Shown one piece after another: positions 51,552 to 63,381 of a stretch of 64,000 nt of DNA; within the stretch, counting starts at the first letter, position 1, and the number at the start of each line of letters is the position of its first letter. The position numbers were made by a program, and so were the translations under genes. The notes beneath the pieces are model-generated. The model made no database searches. It worked only from the letters and a program-made list of their open reading frames with translations, and was not told the DNA's origin. Source of the DNA: Bilabrum cf. latius. Taxonomy: Eukaryota. The stretch spans positions 992,001-1,056,000 of the forward strand of contig OZ237742.1 in the NCBI GenBank assembly GCA_965178125.1, written 5' to 3'.

Positions 51552-52346
51552 TAGTGTAGGCCCTAGCTATACAACGAAATGCTCATAAACGCACACAGGT
51601 ACCCGTTGAAACGAGCGGTTGCAACCAACAATAACTTGGGGCAGCGCTGAGCCAGTAGAGTAGAGGTCGCGGTCATTGATAAATTGGTATTGTAATATTC
51701 TACTACTGTGGGTGCTCCCGACAATGGATCTCTGCCGGCGGTGATTCGATGGTAGCGCTTCAACGGACACCCACCCTAGTGAAGGCTAGATACAAAGACT
51801 TTGAGCTGCACTCAACATAAATAGAGTGTAGATATATCTCTCTACATGGGAAGTGTATGAGACATGCGTGCTTGGATGGAGAGGAGCAGGCCGTTTGGCC
51901 AATGGCTGTGCGTAGCGGACCGGCGCTCAATATGGAAGATTCTATGAAGCGCGAAATTGATCCCATATGATCTGATGGCTGAAGCCAATTCAATTGAATG
52001 GTTTATTCCGTTGCTCTACAGGAGGTTACTCATGCAAGGAAGGGCGAAGTGCCGCTCTCAAATGGTTCCGCTGTTTTGCGCGGTGCCGAAGAGATCCGAT
52101 CCCAAAACCACTCAGGTTCACCAGACTCTTTGCTCGGTGAGCTTGGCCGTGTTGATGTCTCGTGCGCAGTTTTCTTTCACGGCGTGTATTTTAGTGACCA
52201 TATTATTGTATATTTGGCGTGGAATCATAGTTTGTATGCCTCGGACCCCAGAAATGTGCTGGCACGCCAAGGACGCTGGGCGCCTTTCGACTTCTTCGTG
52301 GTCTGTTTCCGTCATTCTACTTATGATCCGCAGGTGGGTTTTAAAT

Positions 52347-53118
52347 ATGGGCAAGGACATCGTAGCAGGTGGCCGCAACGTGGCGCACAAGCATAGGAAG
52401 GGGCCTAAGACCGACAACGTCTACATCAGGCTGCTCGTTAAGGTAAGCGACTGCAACTCATAGCTTGCGATTAGCTTGGCCGTGCCAATAGCCGCGCATA
52501 GTATTTGTATGGAATTCAATTCCATGGCCAGTCGTGTTGGCACCGTGGCCACCTAGGAACCTGCATCATGCACGCCCAACTGCATCTGCTGTCTGCTCTT
52601 GTGTTTCGCAGCTTTATGAGTTCCTGGTGCGCCGCACCGGCTCTGAGTTCTGCCGCGCTGTGTTGAAGCGCCTTATTATGTCTAGGACCAACCGCCCCGC
52701 GATGGGCCTGGCCCGCATCCAGCGCTTCATGGCCCCCAAGGCCGGCGCCGAGGACCGGTCCAAGAAGATCGCCGTGATCGTGGGCAGCGTCACCGATGAC
52801 GTGCGCCTGACCGGTTTCGAGTTCCCCGCCATGACTATCTGCGCACTGCGCGTGACCGAGGGCGCCCGCGCGCGCATCGAGGCCGCCGGCGGCAAGGTGA
52901 TGACGCTGGACCAGCTCGCCCAGGTGGCTCCCACCGGCGAGGGCACCGTGCTCATGCGCGGTCGCCGCACCACCCGCGAGTCTGCCAAGCACTTCGGAAC
53001 CCCCGGCCAGATCGGCAGCACTGCCGTGCCATTCGTGCGCTCCAAGGGCAACAAGTTCGAGCAGGCCCGCCTGCGCCGCAGCAAGCCCCGCACCAAGGTC
53101 AAGGCCATCAAGAAGTAA
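52347..53118 (+). CDS. RPL18: 60S ribosomal protein L18 (eL18)
   Basis: Exon 1 MGKDI...DNVYIRLLVK, intron 52443-52611, exon 2 LYEFLVRRTGS..VLKRLIMSRTNRP..TLDQLA..PFVRSKGNKFEQAR. Ends at TAA; contains no TAG. Confidence 0.95.
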
Positions 53119-53522
53119 GCTGCCTGCTGAAGACGGCTCTCATTGGGGTGGCTCGTCGGACGTGTTCGACGTGCCACTGGCTAGGATCTCGAATTGGTTT
53201 GTTTGGGTATGTGTGGCGGCAGCCGGCTGGCTGGCTAGCATGCCTGGTCAGCTGCCGCTCTGGGGGAGGAACATGGGGTGCTCGCCCTGTGAGCGCGAAG
53301 CTTGCGGCGCACGGATGATGCTGTGCTGTCGTGTGTGAGTGCTTGCAATCGAATCTAGGGTACTTCATGATGAAACTGGCATCCAGGTCGAGTCTGTCTT
53401 ATCCCAATGGGGATGGCCGACACATTCACACACCGCATCATGGTGCAGCAATCGAGAGTATGCTCGCATCCCCTTTCACTTTGTACCGGCACGCACGATC
53501 GTCCAAGCCACCCCTCCCTCCC

Positions 53523-55349
53523 TCAATTCCTCCACATCTTGAGAGTCCGGTCCTTGCTCCCGGTCGCCACGCGGTCCCCCGCAGGCGACCAGTCCAGCGC
53601 GTACACCTCGTCAAAGTGACCCGCCAGCGTGCCCGCCGCCTTGCCCCTGGACTCCTTGCCCGCCACCCACAGCTTGGCCGTGGAGTCCTTGCTAGCAGAC
53701 ACCAGGAACCGGCTATCGGGGGACCAGCACACCTGGTACACGGGGCCCACGTGCCCGTGCAGAGTCACCAGGAACTTCCCAGAGTGCCCGTCCCACACAC
53801 GCACCTTCTTGTCAAAGGATGCGCTCGCAACGAACCTGCCGTCCGGTGAGAAGCTGATGTGGTTCACCGCGGCCTGGTGACCCGACATCCTCTGCTTCGG
53901 CCGAACACTCGTCACACCCGAACCGCCGCCCGAGGCCAGCGCCAGCGCCTTGCCCGGCTCCCAGAGCATCAGCGTGTAGTCGTCCGAGCAGCTCACCACC
54001 CTCTCGCCCCCCTGCCGCAGCGCCTCCCGGGCCCTCTCTCGCGCGATGGCCTGCAGGGCGAGCGGGTCTCCTCCGCCCTCCCCTTTACCGCCTGCCGCCT
54101 CGGTGCGAGGCCGCTTGGCGGGGCTAGAGCCAGCCGAGGTGCCACTCGCTGCTTTTGGCTAATCTGCACCGGCTCCGCTGGCTGCGGCGGTCGACGGACC
54201 CGACGATGATGACGCGGACGAGGACGAGGACGAGGAGGCGCTGGACGCTGACGGCGCCGCGGCTCCATCTCCTTCCTTCTCCTCTCCCTTGTTGCCTTTG
54301 GCAGTGGGCGGCTTGACCTCGCCCTTGGGCAGCTCTGACGGCTTCCCAAAGTGCAGGGCGCCCGTCCTCGCCACGTAGTCCGTGGACAGAGCCAGCGCGT
54401 TGACCCTGTGCCCGTGCCCTGCGAGCTCGGCCACCAGCACGCCCTTGCCCCCCTCCCCATCCTTGGGCACCCTCCAGCACTTGATCGTGCGGTCTCTGGA
54501 GCACGTGTACAGCAGCCCCGTGAGTCCCCACCGCACGCACTCCACGCTGTCCTTGTGCCCCGCCAGAGAGAACAGAAAGGTTCCCCTCGAGGCGTCCCAC
54601 ACGCGCACGGAACCGTCCTTAGAGGCAGTCGCGAGCCGCCTGCATGTGCCGCCCCTGGCCTCGCTAACGGGTTCCCACGCCATGGACGTGATCCAGGCCT
54701 TATGTCCCACCAGCGGCCGGCACGCCTCCTTGCCCGTGCCTGGGTGCCACACGCGAGCCACGCCAGAGTAGTCGCCGCTGGCGAAGAGCTTGCCGTCGGG
54801 GGAGAAGGCGGTGCACAGCACGTGCGACTTGTGGCCCTCGCACTTGTGCTTTGGCATGCTCATGAAGGCGTCCCAAAAGCGGACCAGGCCGTCACCGCCG
54901 CCGCTGGCCAGCACACTGCCGTCCGGGCTGAACGACACGTGCAGCACGGGGGCAGTGTGCCCCGTCATCGTGTCGGTGCAGCGGGTGACTGGCCGCACTC
55001 TATAAAGACTGAGGGGTTGGTATAGCACGGCCACGGTGCTTTCAGAAGTCAGCCCCTTTGACTTTGCAGACTGCCCCAGTGTGTTGCCCATCTGATCGCC
55101 GCCGATGAAGAAGCCATAGGGCATGATTTCATCGTTCCCGAGCGCCTAGTTCACAAACGATTCGAGCTATGCCGGTGTAGTCGTGCCGGGTACCTCAACG
55201 GCTCCTCCTGTGGGAACACCATCCAGTGTTTGCAGTTGCACAAAGAACGACGAAGAGTCTGCAGTGGCCTTTCCAGAAGCTTTGCTGAGAGATTCTTCCC
55301 CACCACCGATCTGCGATCTTGGACGCTTCAGCGATCCTTTCCCGCTCAT
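53523..55349 (-). CDS. NLE1: Notchless/Rsa4 ribosome-biogenesis WD40 protein
   Basis: NLE ubiquitin-like domain (YQPLSLYRVRPVTRC), WD40 repeats, LVSCSDDYTLMLW and DRTLKMWRN end. TAGs at 55167, 55146 and 54159; ends at TGA. Confidence 0.93.
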
Positions 55350-55671
55350 TAGATTGTATTCTGTTGGGGCAACTAGATCCAACTTATTGTTGCGAAGAAC
55401 TGCTCCTGAGGCAGTTCCGGTTTCATGACTGGGGTAAGGTGTACTTCTTGAATATTCGAACGCGGCGGCGTGCTGTGCAGGCGCACGCGGCCTAGGAATC
55501 GCTGGATTCCACGCATCACTGCATCCATTTTTATTGTGAATTAATTCAATATAATATATTTTTTGACCTCATCGGTTTAGGAGGCTGTGAGCGAGCTGTT
55601 AGACTCTGCACTGACAGTTCGACAACCGAGAGCGCGACAAACTGCAACAGCTGGGCGATCGCCGCGGATCC

Positions 55672-57617
55672 ATGGACAAGCCGCCCTCTATTCGCACCGT
55701 GAGGTCAAGAGTCTGTTATTTGATTGGTTGTTTTTTATGATCTCGTGAACGCATACACAAGTCTTGCTGCATGCAGCGGCAAGAATTGTCTCGGACAAGT
55801 GATTCCCGACGCGCGGCCTCGACTACCGCTACCACACTTGCCTCGAACCGAAAGAAGCTTCGCAGTGGGACGCTGATGGATTTCGTCGTCGTGCAGGATG
55901 CATATGCCTTGCCCTTGCAGGGGAACTGCCGTTCCCAGTCACAGAGGACCTGGCATCGGTGATCCCCGACGGAAGCAGCATACCTACTGTGTCTGCTTGC
56001 GGGAGTGGGAGCGGCCAGATCCATGGCCGCTTGGGAGATGCGATTCGATATCGGTCTTCATTCGATCGCTCCGAGAGCGGGCTGTCCGAGTCCTCGGCCA
56101 GCAGCAGCTTGCTCGAGCCGATGAGCGCCCTGTTCGACCTGCCGGCCTCCTCTCGGACCTCCACGACGGGCACCGACAGAGCAGCCGAAGACGACGTCGC
56201 GGGGTTTATGGCAGAATCTCAATCGGCACATCGAGCCCCGGGGCCAGGCACCCAAACAGGTGGGCTACCCTCGCTCCCTCAGACACTGGAAGCCGCGGAT
56301 CGGTCATCGTCACCGGCTCAGCTGACCCCATCGGCGACCGCTGCAGCCGGCTCCAGTACCTTCCCGCCGATGCGGCATCGCCTCAGATCGACGCATGCGA
56401 CCGGAAGCCGACCGTCACCCGCGCGGCGCACAAGAAGCACAAACAGTAACGCAAGCGCCAGCACGGGCACAAGCACTAGCACCGGAGGCATCACGGCCGA
56501 CCTCACCAGCCGCCCGGCCACCCTGCAGCACCTCAGCCAGGCCGGGCAGGAGAGGCGCCCGCCCGTGTCATTCGCCACCGCGAAAGCCCCCCTCCTCGCC
56601 CTGCGAACCGTGCCCGAGTCCTCAACTGGACATGCGTCGGCAGCCGGCAAGGGGACATCATCAGAAGTCGTAACGCAGCACGAGACTGCTCCCAGTCCTG
56701 GTACCGGTACCGTCGCCGCCAGTGTCTCAGACACAGAAAAGTGGCCAGGTGTCGATGATAGCATGTCGCCTTCTTCTGGCCCGTGTCCCCGCCCCGACCT
56801 AAATGCAAGCAAGACCTCGCCCCACCTTGGAGCGGATGCAGCTGCACCTGCGCAGGCGGGGCCCCAATCCGTGGAGGGGGAGAACAAGAACGTGTCGGGC
56901 AGTGGCAGTGGCAGCACAGCCCAGGCCCAGGCACCTGTTGCGCCAGAGCAAGGCAGCGAGTCTGCCGGCATTGCTGCCGATGGCGCAGAAGACCGAGGCA
57001 GGGAACTGGACACTACGGGCCGTCAGCTCGATGGCAAATTGACCGGTGATGATGGTGACGCGCCGCCCTCGCCCTCACAGGGCTCCTCATCCGAGTTGCT
57101 GGGTGGCTGGCGCGTGCTGCTGATCCAGAGCCAGAGACACCCGGATTTCTGGAAGTTACCTGCGGGTGGGATCGAGGACGGGGAGGATGTGGAGTCGGCC
57201 GCCGTCCGAGAGACAGAGGAGGAGGCAGGGGTGCTGGGGCACGTGCTGGGCCCCCTGGGGCTCGTGGAGGACCTGCACAAGCGGTCCAGGACCTCGTACT
57301 ACCTGATGCGGGCCAACACCTGGCTCGCCGAGAGCGTGTATGAGGAGGGGCGCTCGGGGAGGGGGCGCCGGTGGTTCTCCCTCGAGCGCGCGATGGAGGC
57401 CGTGGCCGCCAGGCCGCACGCGCAGGAGGCGCTCAGGCGAGCCACGGGTGTGCTGAGAGGGTGCGGGGGGGAGGAGACGCTGCTCCGGAGGCAGATGGAA
57501 GCGAAGAGGGGGAAGCACTCGCACCCTCCCGCGGTTGAATCGGCCCTGCGGGGCTCGGCGCGGGCTCTTGCGCTTAAGCTGTCAAGGCCGGCTGGGCTCT
57601 CGCACGTGGAGGGGTGA
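55672..57617 (+). CDS. Nudix hydrolase of the DIPP/Aps1 type with long low-complexity N-terminus (5' exons tentative)
   Basis: VLLIQSQRHPDFWKLPAGGIEDGEDVESAAVRETEEEAGV Nudix box and RRWFSL. Main exon about 55921-57617; ends at TGA. Candidate ATG at 55672 followed by a GTGAGG donor. Confidence 0.75.
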
Positions 57618-57827
57618 CGTGACGCACGGAGTTTGTGTCGCTGTCTCGCTGCCGTGATCGTGTGGTTGTTAAGATACATGTATTGTTGGATCGCTACATG
57701 GCGACTAAATGAGAAAGATGAGGGAGCTTGATCTACAACCCGAAATCACACCATGTAGCGCATACTCATGCACGGCGATGCTCCACCCATTACAAACTCC
57801 CCACACACACACTATCTAGTCTACTCC

Positions 57828-58349
57828 TCAGAAGTAGGGCAGGCGGCCGCGGTTGGCCGTGTAGTTGGACCTGACGCGCATTGCCTCGATCTCGCTGTAC
57901 AAGGTGCCGTACGCGAACGCCATCAGCATCTCGCTGTTGAGAGCCTTGTTTCGCATAGCCATTGCCACAGCAACCTGCGGGGCAGCAACAATGCCCATCG
58001 TCATGAACGACGTGGAGAGCGATGCGGGATCCCTGCCGCCCTGCTCCAAAGACGTCCTGATGAGCTGCGCGCCCAAGACGTTGCCAAGGATAGGCCCAGC
58101 GGCCATAGCGGCAATCCTCTTCTGGTTTGCCCAGCAGGCCTCGGGGCTGATGGTGCCACCAGCCGGCAGCGCGCGGCGGTGCTCCCACACACCCGAGACT
58201 GCGAACGAAAGACACAACGGAGCGGCGAGGATGGAACAGCATGGGGCGGTCCAAAGACATTGGAAAAGCAGCGCAGTGGGAAGTACGCAATCAGCAGCCA
58301 CTACCAGAGCGGAACCCGCAAACGTTTCATCGCGAGCAAACCTGTTCAT
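57828..58349 (-). CDS. Hypothetical protein, probably with one intron
   Basis: Coding-like stretch after a pyrimidine tract and CAG (~58197): SGVWEHRRALPAGG...NRGRLPYF; ends at TGA. Confidence 0.4.
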   Translation of the reverse strand: MNRFARDETFAGSALVVAADCVLPTALLFQCLWTAPCCSILAAPLCLSFAVSGVWEHRRALPAGGTISPEACWANQKRIAAMAAGPILGNVLGAQLIRTSLEQGGRDPASLSTSFMTMGIVAAPQVAVAMAMRNKALNSEMLMAFAYGTLYSEIEAMRVRSNYTANRGRLPYF

Positions 58350-59024
58350 GCAACCTATCGTTGGGATGCGAATCGATTGGGCTCGCAACGCGGCCAATTC
58401 GGCGCGTCTCTACGCACCGCATTATCCCTGTCTAAAAATAACGCATTCCAAGTAAGTATCATTCAACCCAACACGCAACACGACGGCACATCAGGTGCTG
58501 CTGAGCGGATCGATCTCACTGAAGGAATGAGCTCCCAAGAAAATAAGCGATGAGATACCATGCCTAACAAAAGAAGGCATGATCCACCCCTGCGAGTGCT
58601 GAAACATATCAAGGCCTCGCACAGGCACGATACGCGGCTCCTCCGACTCCTTCTTCGCGGCAGCCATGACGAAAACTTTGCTTTCGTCGTCCCGAGGCGC
58701 CCGCGGAGGGTTGCGAGCACTTTTGTGAGGAAAAGTCGGAATATCAATTTAGCTCGAGAACTGTGTGCCAGACGCGACGAGGGAGTCCAGAAGCAGGGTT
58801 TATTGCCCTTTGTTTGTTACCTAATTGGTCTATTTGGCATCAATTTGCCCCTTCGCGCTGGTTCGAGCCCTGAACCTACCTGGAGGCGCAGTAACTCCCC
58901 GTCGTGCGGCAAGGATCGCACCGCTGGCAAGCAGACTCCTAGACTCAGCTCAGACAGCTATTTTTGCGCATAGCTCGCAGTATAGGATTAACGGCTTACT
59001 GAATTTATTGGCTGAGTTCGAATA

Positions 59025-62000
59025 ATGGCCGCTGCAATGGCGTTGAGCGGCACGGCCGCAACCGGTGGCGAGGCTGCAGTATCCTATAGGCAGCGCAACC
59101 TGAAGGCTGGGCCGCAGCAGGCTCAGACCCAAGAGCTTGCCCTAACAGCATATTCACATATTGTGCGATCGCTGGGCCCGTCTCACGAAGAGCTTCTCCT
59201 GAAGACGTACGAGGCGATGGACGAGGCATTCTCCGAGGAAGCTGAGTTTTCGATGTTTGCGGACTGGGCACCCGGCGTAGCCCGCCCGGATCGACCGATT
59301 AGCTTGGTACGTGCTGAGGCATTTGCAGACTCGGAGCACAAGCCCGAGGAGACCCCGGCAGCTGCCGTTCTGTCGTCGAGGTCGAAGAAGTTCTGGAGCT
59401 CGGCCGAGGCGCCGACGACCTCCCGCCTCGGCGTGCGGCTGCCCAAGCTCCAGATGGTTTCCGCCATTGAAATCGTGTTCAACGACGCGTCCACGCCCCC
59501 CTCCACGGTCCCTGCCAAGGTGCAGCTGGAGCTCTCCGAGGACGGCGCGGCCTACGAGCCCGTGGGCGAGCCGGTCAAGGTCGCTCGCCCCAGCGCCGAC
59601 TCGGAAGGGGCGGCTGCAGCGGACGACGGGTCCCCCGCAGAAGATCTCGAGGCCGTGATGGCGGCGGCGGATGCCCGGGGCAGCGGGGCGGGCGGGGACG
59701 GGGGCGAGGTCGTGAGCGTGCGGCTGCCGGTCGGCAAGCCGATCCGCTTCTTCCGGTTTAGCCTCACGGGCCAGCTGGAGCCCAAGTCGACGTCCGGTGG
59801 GTCGGGCGGCAAGCCCACCCACCAGGTGAAGCACGTCAGCGTGCTTGTGCCCGACGAAGACGCAGCCGACGTGCCCGCCGAGCAGGTGATCAGGGACCAC
59901 TGCGCCGCACTGGCCGTAGCGGGAGCCCCCGGGGGGCTGTCCCTGCCCGCCAAGCAGCGGGCGCTGAACGCCGCCGTGTACCTCTTCCGCGCCACGGCTT
60001 CCTTGCATGTGGGCGTGACGCTGCTTCGGCTGCTGGCATCTGTTCTCTCGGACGTCCGCGAGGCGGCCCGAGCGACCGTCCCGGGGGGGGGCGAGGAGGC
60101 GGAAGCCGCGGCGGACGAGGCCGTGGCCGCGCCTTCGGTTGCAACCGCGCTGCTGGATGACATGGCCGTGCCAGCCCTGGTGAGCTCGCAGCACATGGCC
60201 AGCGAGGGCACTCCGGGTGATATCGTGCAGCTGCTGGCCAGCGCAGGGGCGGGGGGCGGGGCCGCCTCCGGCCCGTCTCTCAAGCCCGAGTTCGACCCTG
60301 TGCACAAGGGCCCCGGCGCCACTTTTACCAACGGCAACAAGACCTGGACGGCGACGAGGGGCAGCAGCAACTGGGGCGTGGCGATCGATGGCATCAGCAG
60401 CGGGCAAGCCAGCTGGGAGTTCGAGATCATCTCTGACATGGACGACGACGAGCAGGGGTGCTGCGGGTTTGCCACCCGCAAGCCCGTCATCCAGGGCGGG
60501 TACTCCAACACCGGGTCTGACATCAACTGCATTCGGCACTACAACGGAGGGCTCTACACGGCCGGCAGCCAGAACCGATCCATCGACGCGATCCATCCGG
60601 GGTGCGTGGTGCGATTCGAAGCCAACATGGACAAGGGCGAGGTGACGGTGTTCATCGACGGCAGCAAGCAGAGCGGGGCGCCCCATTTCACTGGGCTCAA
60701 GGGCAAGACCATCTGGCCCGCCGTCACCGCCTATGGAAGCAGCGTGTCGATCAAGTTCAAGTCCTACAAGAAGGCAGGCGCCAAGGGAGACGGCGACCAG
60801 GCGAGCTACCACCAGCTGATCCACGGGTCGCTCCCGCTTGCCGTGGGAGACGTGCGGTCGCAGAAGTTCGTGGGCCGGCTGGGCGCGCTCAGCGGGCAGG
60901 GGTACACCAAGACCAAGATCAAGGTCGCGGGTGCCCGCCTCCCGCACGCCTACTCGATGTGGCCGGGGGCGGGTTCCACGGCCAACGCCCGGCCCGTGGG
61001 GGGGAAGGCGACTGCTGCCGCGGGCGGTGCCGCCAGTGAGAGCAAGACTGGGGAACAAAGTGGCGAGGCGGACCCGGCTATGGCTCTGGTGGGCGCGGAC
61101 GTCGGCCTCGATGATGCTTACGCCCGCTGGGACATGGCCCAGGTGATTGAGTCGGCCGAGAAGCAGGTCAAGGAGGCGAAGAAGAAGGCCAAGAAAGGAG
61201 GAGACAAGGACGAGAAGAAGAAGGGGGGCGACAAGAAGGGAAAGAAGGGGCCTGATAAGCCGGTGGTGGATGCGGTGCCCTCCAACGTGGGTGTCCTCTA
61301 CCTCCAGTTCGCGCTGGACGACAGCACGCAGAAGACTGCCATCCCCGTGGCCGTGGACGTTCTAGTGGACGGCCGCCTGGCCGCCCGCACCGCGCCGATG
61401 GCCCCCGCCGCGAACACGATGGCCGAAAACGACTTCATCAAGGCCTGCGTGGAGCCCAACGACTTCCGCCCTGCCACCGTGGTGCCCAGCAAGGTGCCTC
61501 AGGTGTACCGCGTGGCTGTCTCTAGGAGCAGCACGGTGGAGCTGCGGGCCAAGACGGTCCCGGGAGCCCGGTTCCAGTCCAAGCAGGCTCTGGCCGCCGC
61601 TCTGGGCAAGCGCTAGGCCGCCCGCGTGGTCGTTGCCTGCCTGGAGGCGGACACGAAGCTGGAGGGCCAGGACGATTTCGTGGGCATGCGCACGGCGAGC
61701 CAGCCCGAGGGCACCGTGCTGCCTCCAGTGATGGACCACAGCCAGGTAGGCATGGGCATCGGCCAGGCACTCAGCCAGGCCGCGCAGGTCCTGCTGGAGC
61801 TGTGCACGGCGCACAACGTTGCCACTCGTCAGGCCGTGCTGGTGACCGGGGATGACCTGGGTGACGATGCGGACGACGACAAGAAGGGCGAGGAGCCGGA
61901 GGAGAAGGAAACAGAGGAAGACAAGGGCGCTGGTGACGACAAGAGCAAGGGGCTGAGCAAGGCCGCATCGAAGGCAAAGAGGGCGGCCGACGCACTCAAG

Positions 62001-63176
62001 CGGCTGCGTAAGAAACTCGAAGAGCCCATGGCCGTGGAGGTGCGCGGGGACACTCTACAGTCCATCGGGGAGGTGCTGAAAGACGTCAGGGGGCTCGCCG
62101 AGATCGAGGCCAGGCGATTCGCCTCCAAGCATGGTCTCCCTGCTGTGGCGGCTGCCAAGCCATACGAAGTGGGGCCCGCGAGCCAGTGCGCTGCGGGGCT
62201 GATGCGGGCCGCGGAGTGCAACCTGAGGCGGCTGGTGGCCTCGAGGATCGACCCGCGGGCCGTGGGGATCCTGCTGCCGGGCGACAAGGGCGCGCCGGCG
62301 CGAGGCACGCTGGGCGGGCTGCACGCGGCCCTGGATTCGTATGTGAAGAACGAGTCTGGGGAGCCGGCGGACGTCTTGCCGGAGCTTAGGTACGCCGCCG
62401 CGAATGCCGTAGACGCTGGTCTGGAGGTGCTGTACCCCACCCCCGCGGAGCGTCGCAAGCTGGTGGCCGGTGTGCTGGGTGATGGCGCGACTCTGGAGCT
62501 CCAGTTCGCCTTCCCCACCGTGAAGAAACCTCCCATGGCCCTGCCCGGGATGGAGGGACTGGCGGGGGAGGACGAGGACGAGGATGAGGACGACCTGGAT
62601 GGAATCGCTTCCGCCGAGGCAGGCGAGCTGGAGGGCTGCCCCAAGAGCCGCATCCGGGCCATCCGTGACATTTCCAAGCGGGACGTGCGGTTCGACCGTG
62701 CCATGATGCTGGCGCAGCTGGCAGCCGAGCAGAGGGGCTTCCGCACAGAGCTGGTGGGCAAGTGGGGCCAGTACCTGCACCTGCTGGTGGAGCTGCCCGC
62801 GCCCAAGGACGGTACCGCAGCTGCGGCCGCCGGTGCCTCCGAAAGCAAGGAGCCTGCCGGTACCGGTAGCGACGCCGTGCAGTTCGTTTCGGAGGAGCTG
62901 GGCGTGGTGTTCGAGAGGGCGGGCATGGGCGCGTGGCAGATCCCCAAGGGGTGCACCGAGCCGCGCATCCCCATGGAGATCAAGCGGTTCGCCGTGTTTG
63001 ACGGGGCCGACCGGAACTTTGAGCAGGCGGGACTGGGCTTCGTTAGGCTGTTCCCGGCGAGCGCTTGCTCCTTTGACAGGGCGCTGGCCGGCGTCTCAAG
63101 GTTTGTGGGAGGGGACGGCTCGGATCAGGCCGATGCTGGGGCGGGGTCGGGACCCGCATCGGGAGCCGGGGTGTGA
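59025..63176 (+). CDS. Large protein with galactose-binding/DOC-like beta-sandwich and SPRY domain (~1,383 aa)
   Basis: KFWSS..LGVRLP..VSAIEIVF..FFRFSL sandwich; SPRY motifs ISSGQASWEFEII, GCVVRFEANMDKGEVTVFIDG, IWPAVTAY. A single TAG at 61614 joins two long ORFs; ends at TGA. Confidence 0.75.
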
Positions 63177-63381
63177 GCGTGTCTTGCTGCCTGTTGATTG
63201 GTCAAGAAAATCGCTGAAGAGAATCGCTGCTGGTTGCGCCGGTGCATGGTCATTCCCAAACTGGTGGGAAAGGAAATAAGATAGTACAGCGCCAGACAAT
63301 ACCTCCCGTACGAAGCCACGAGCTCATTTCATTACAGATTCAAATTCCAGCTTGTTGTCGGCCAGATTGTTAAACCCTCCC

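Noticed and set aside
51560-52340. Short ORFs between the CASC1-like gene and RPL18
   Set aside because: They conflict across frames and show no motif; more likely promoter, UTR or intron sequence.
41690-62983. Long antisense or alternate-frame ORFs (41690-43105 +, 49772-51220 +, 59154-61058 -, 61829-62983 -)
   Set aside because: GC-rich shadows of the real genes; no recognisable motifs.
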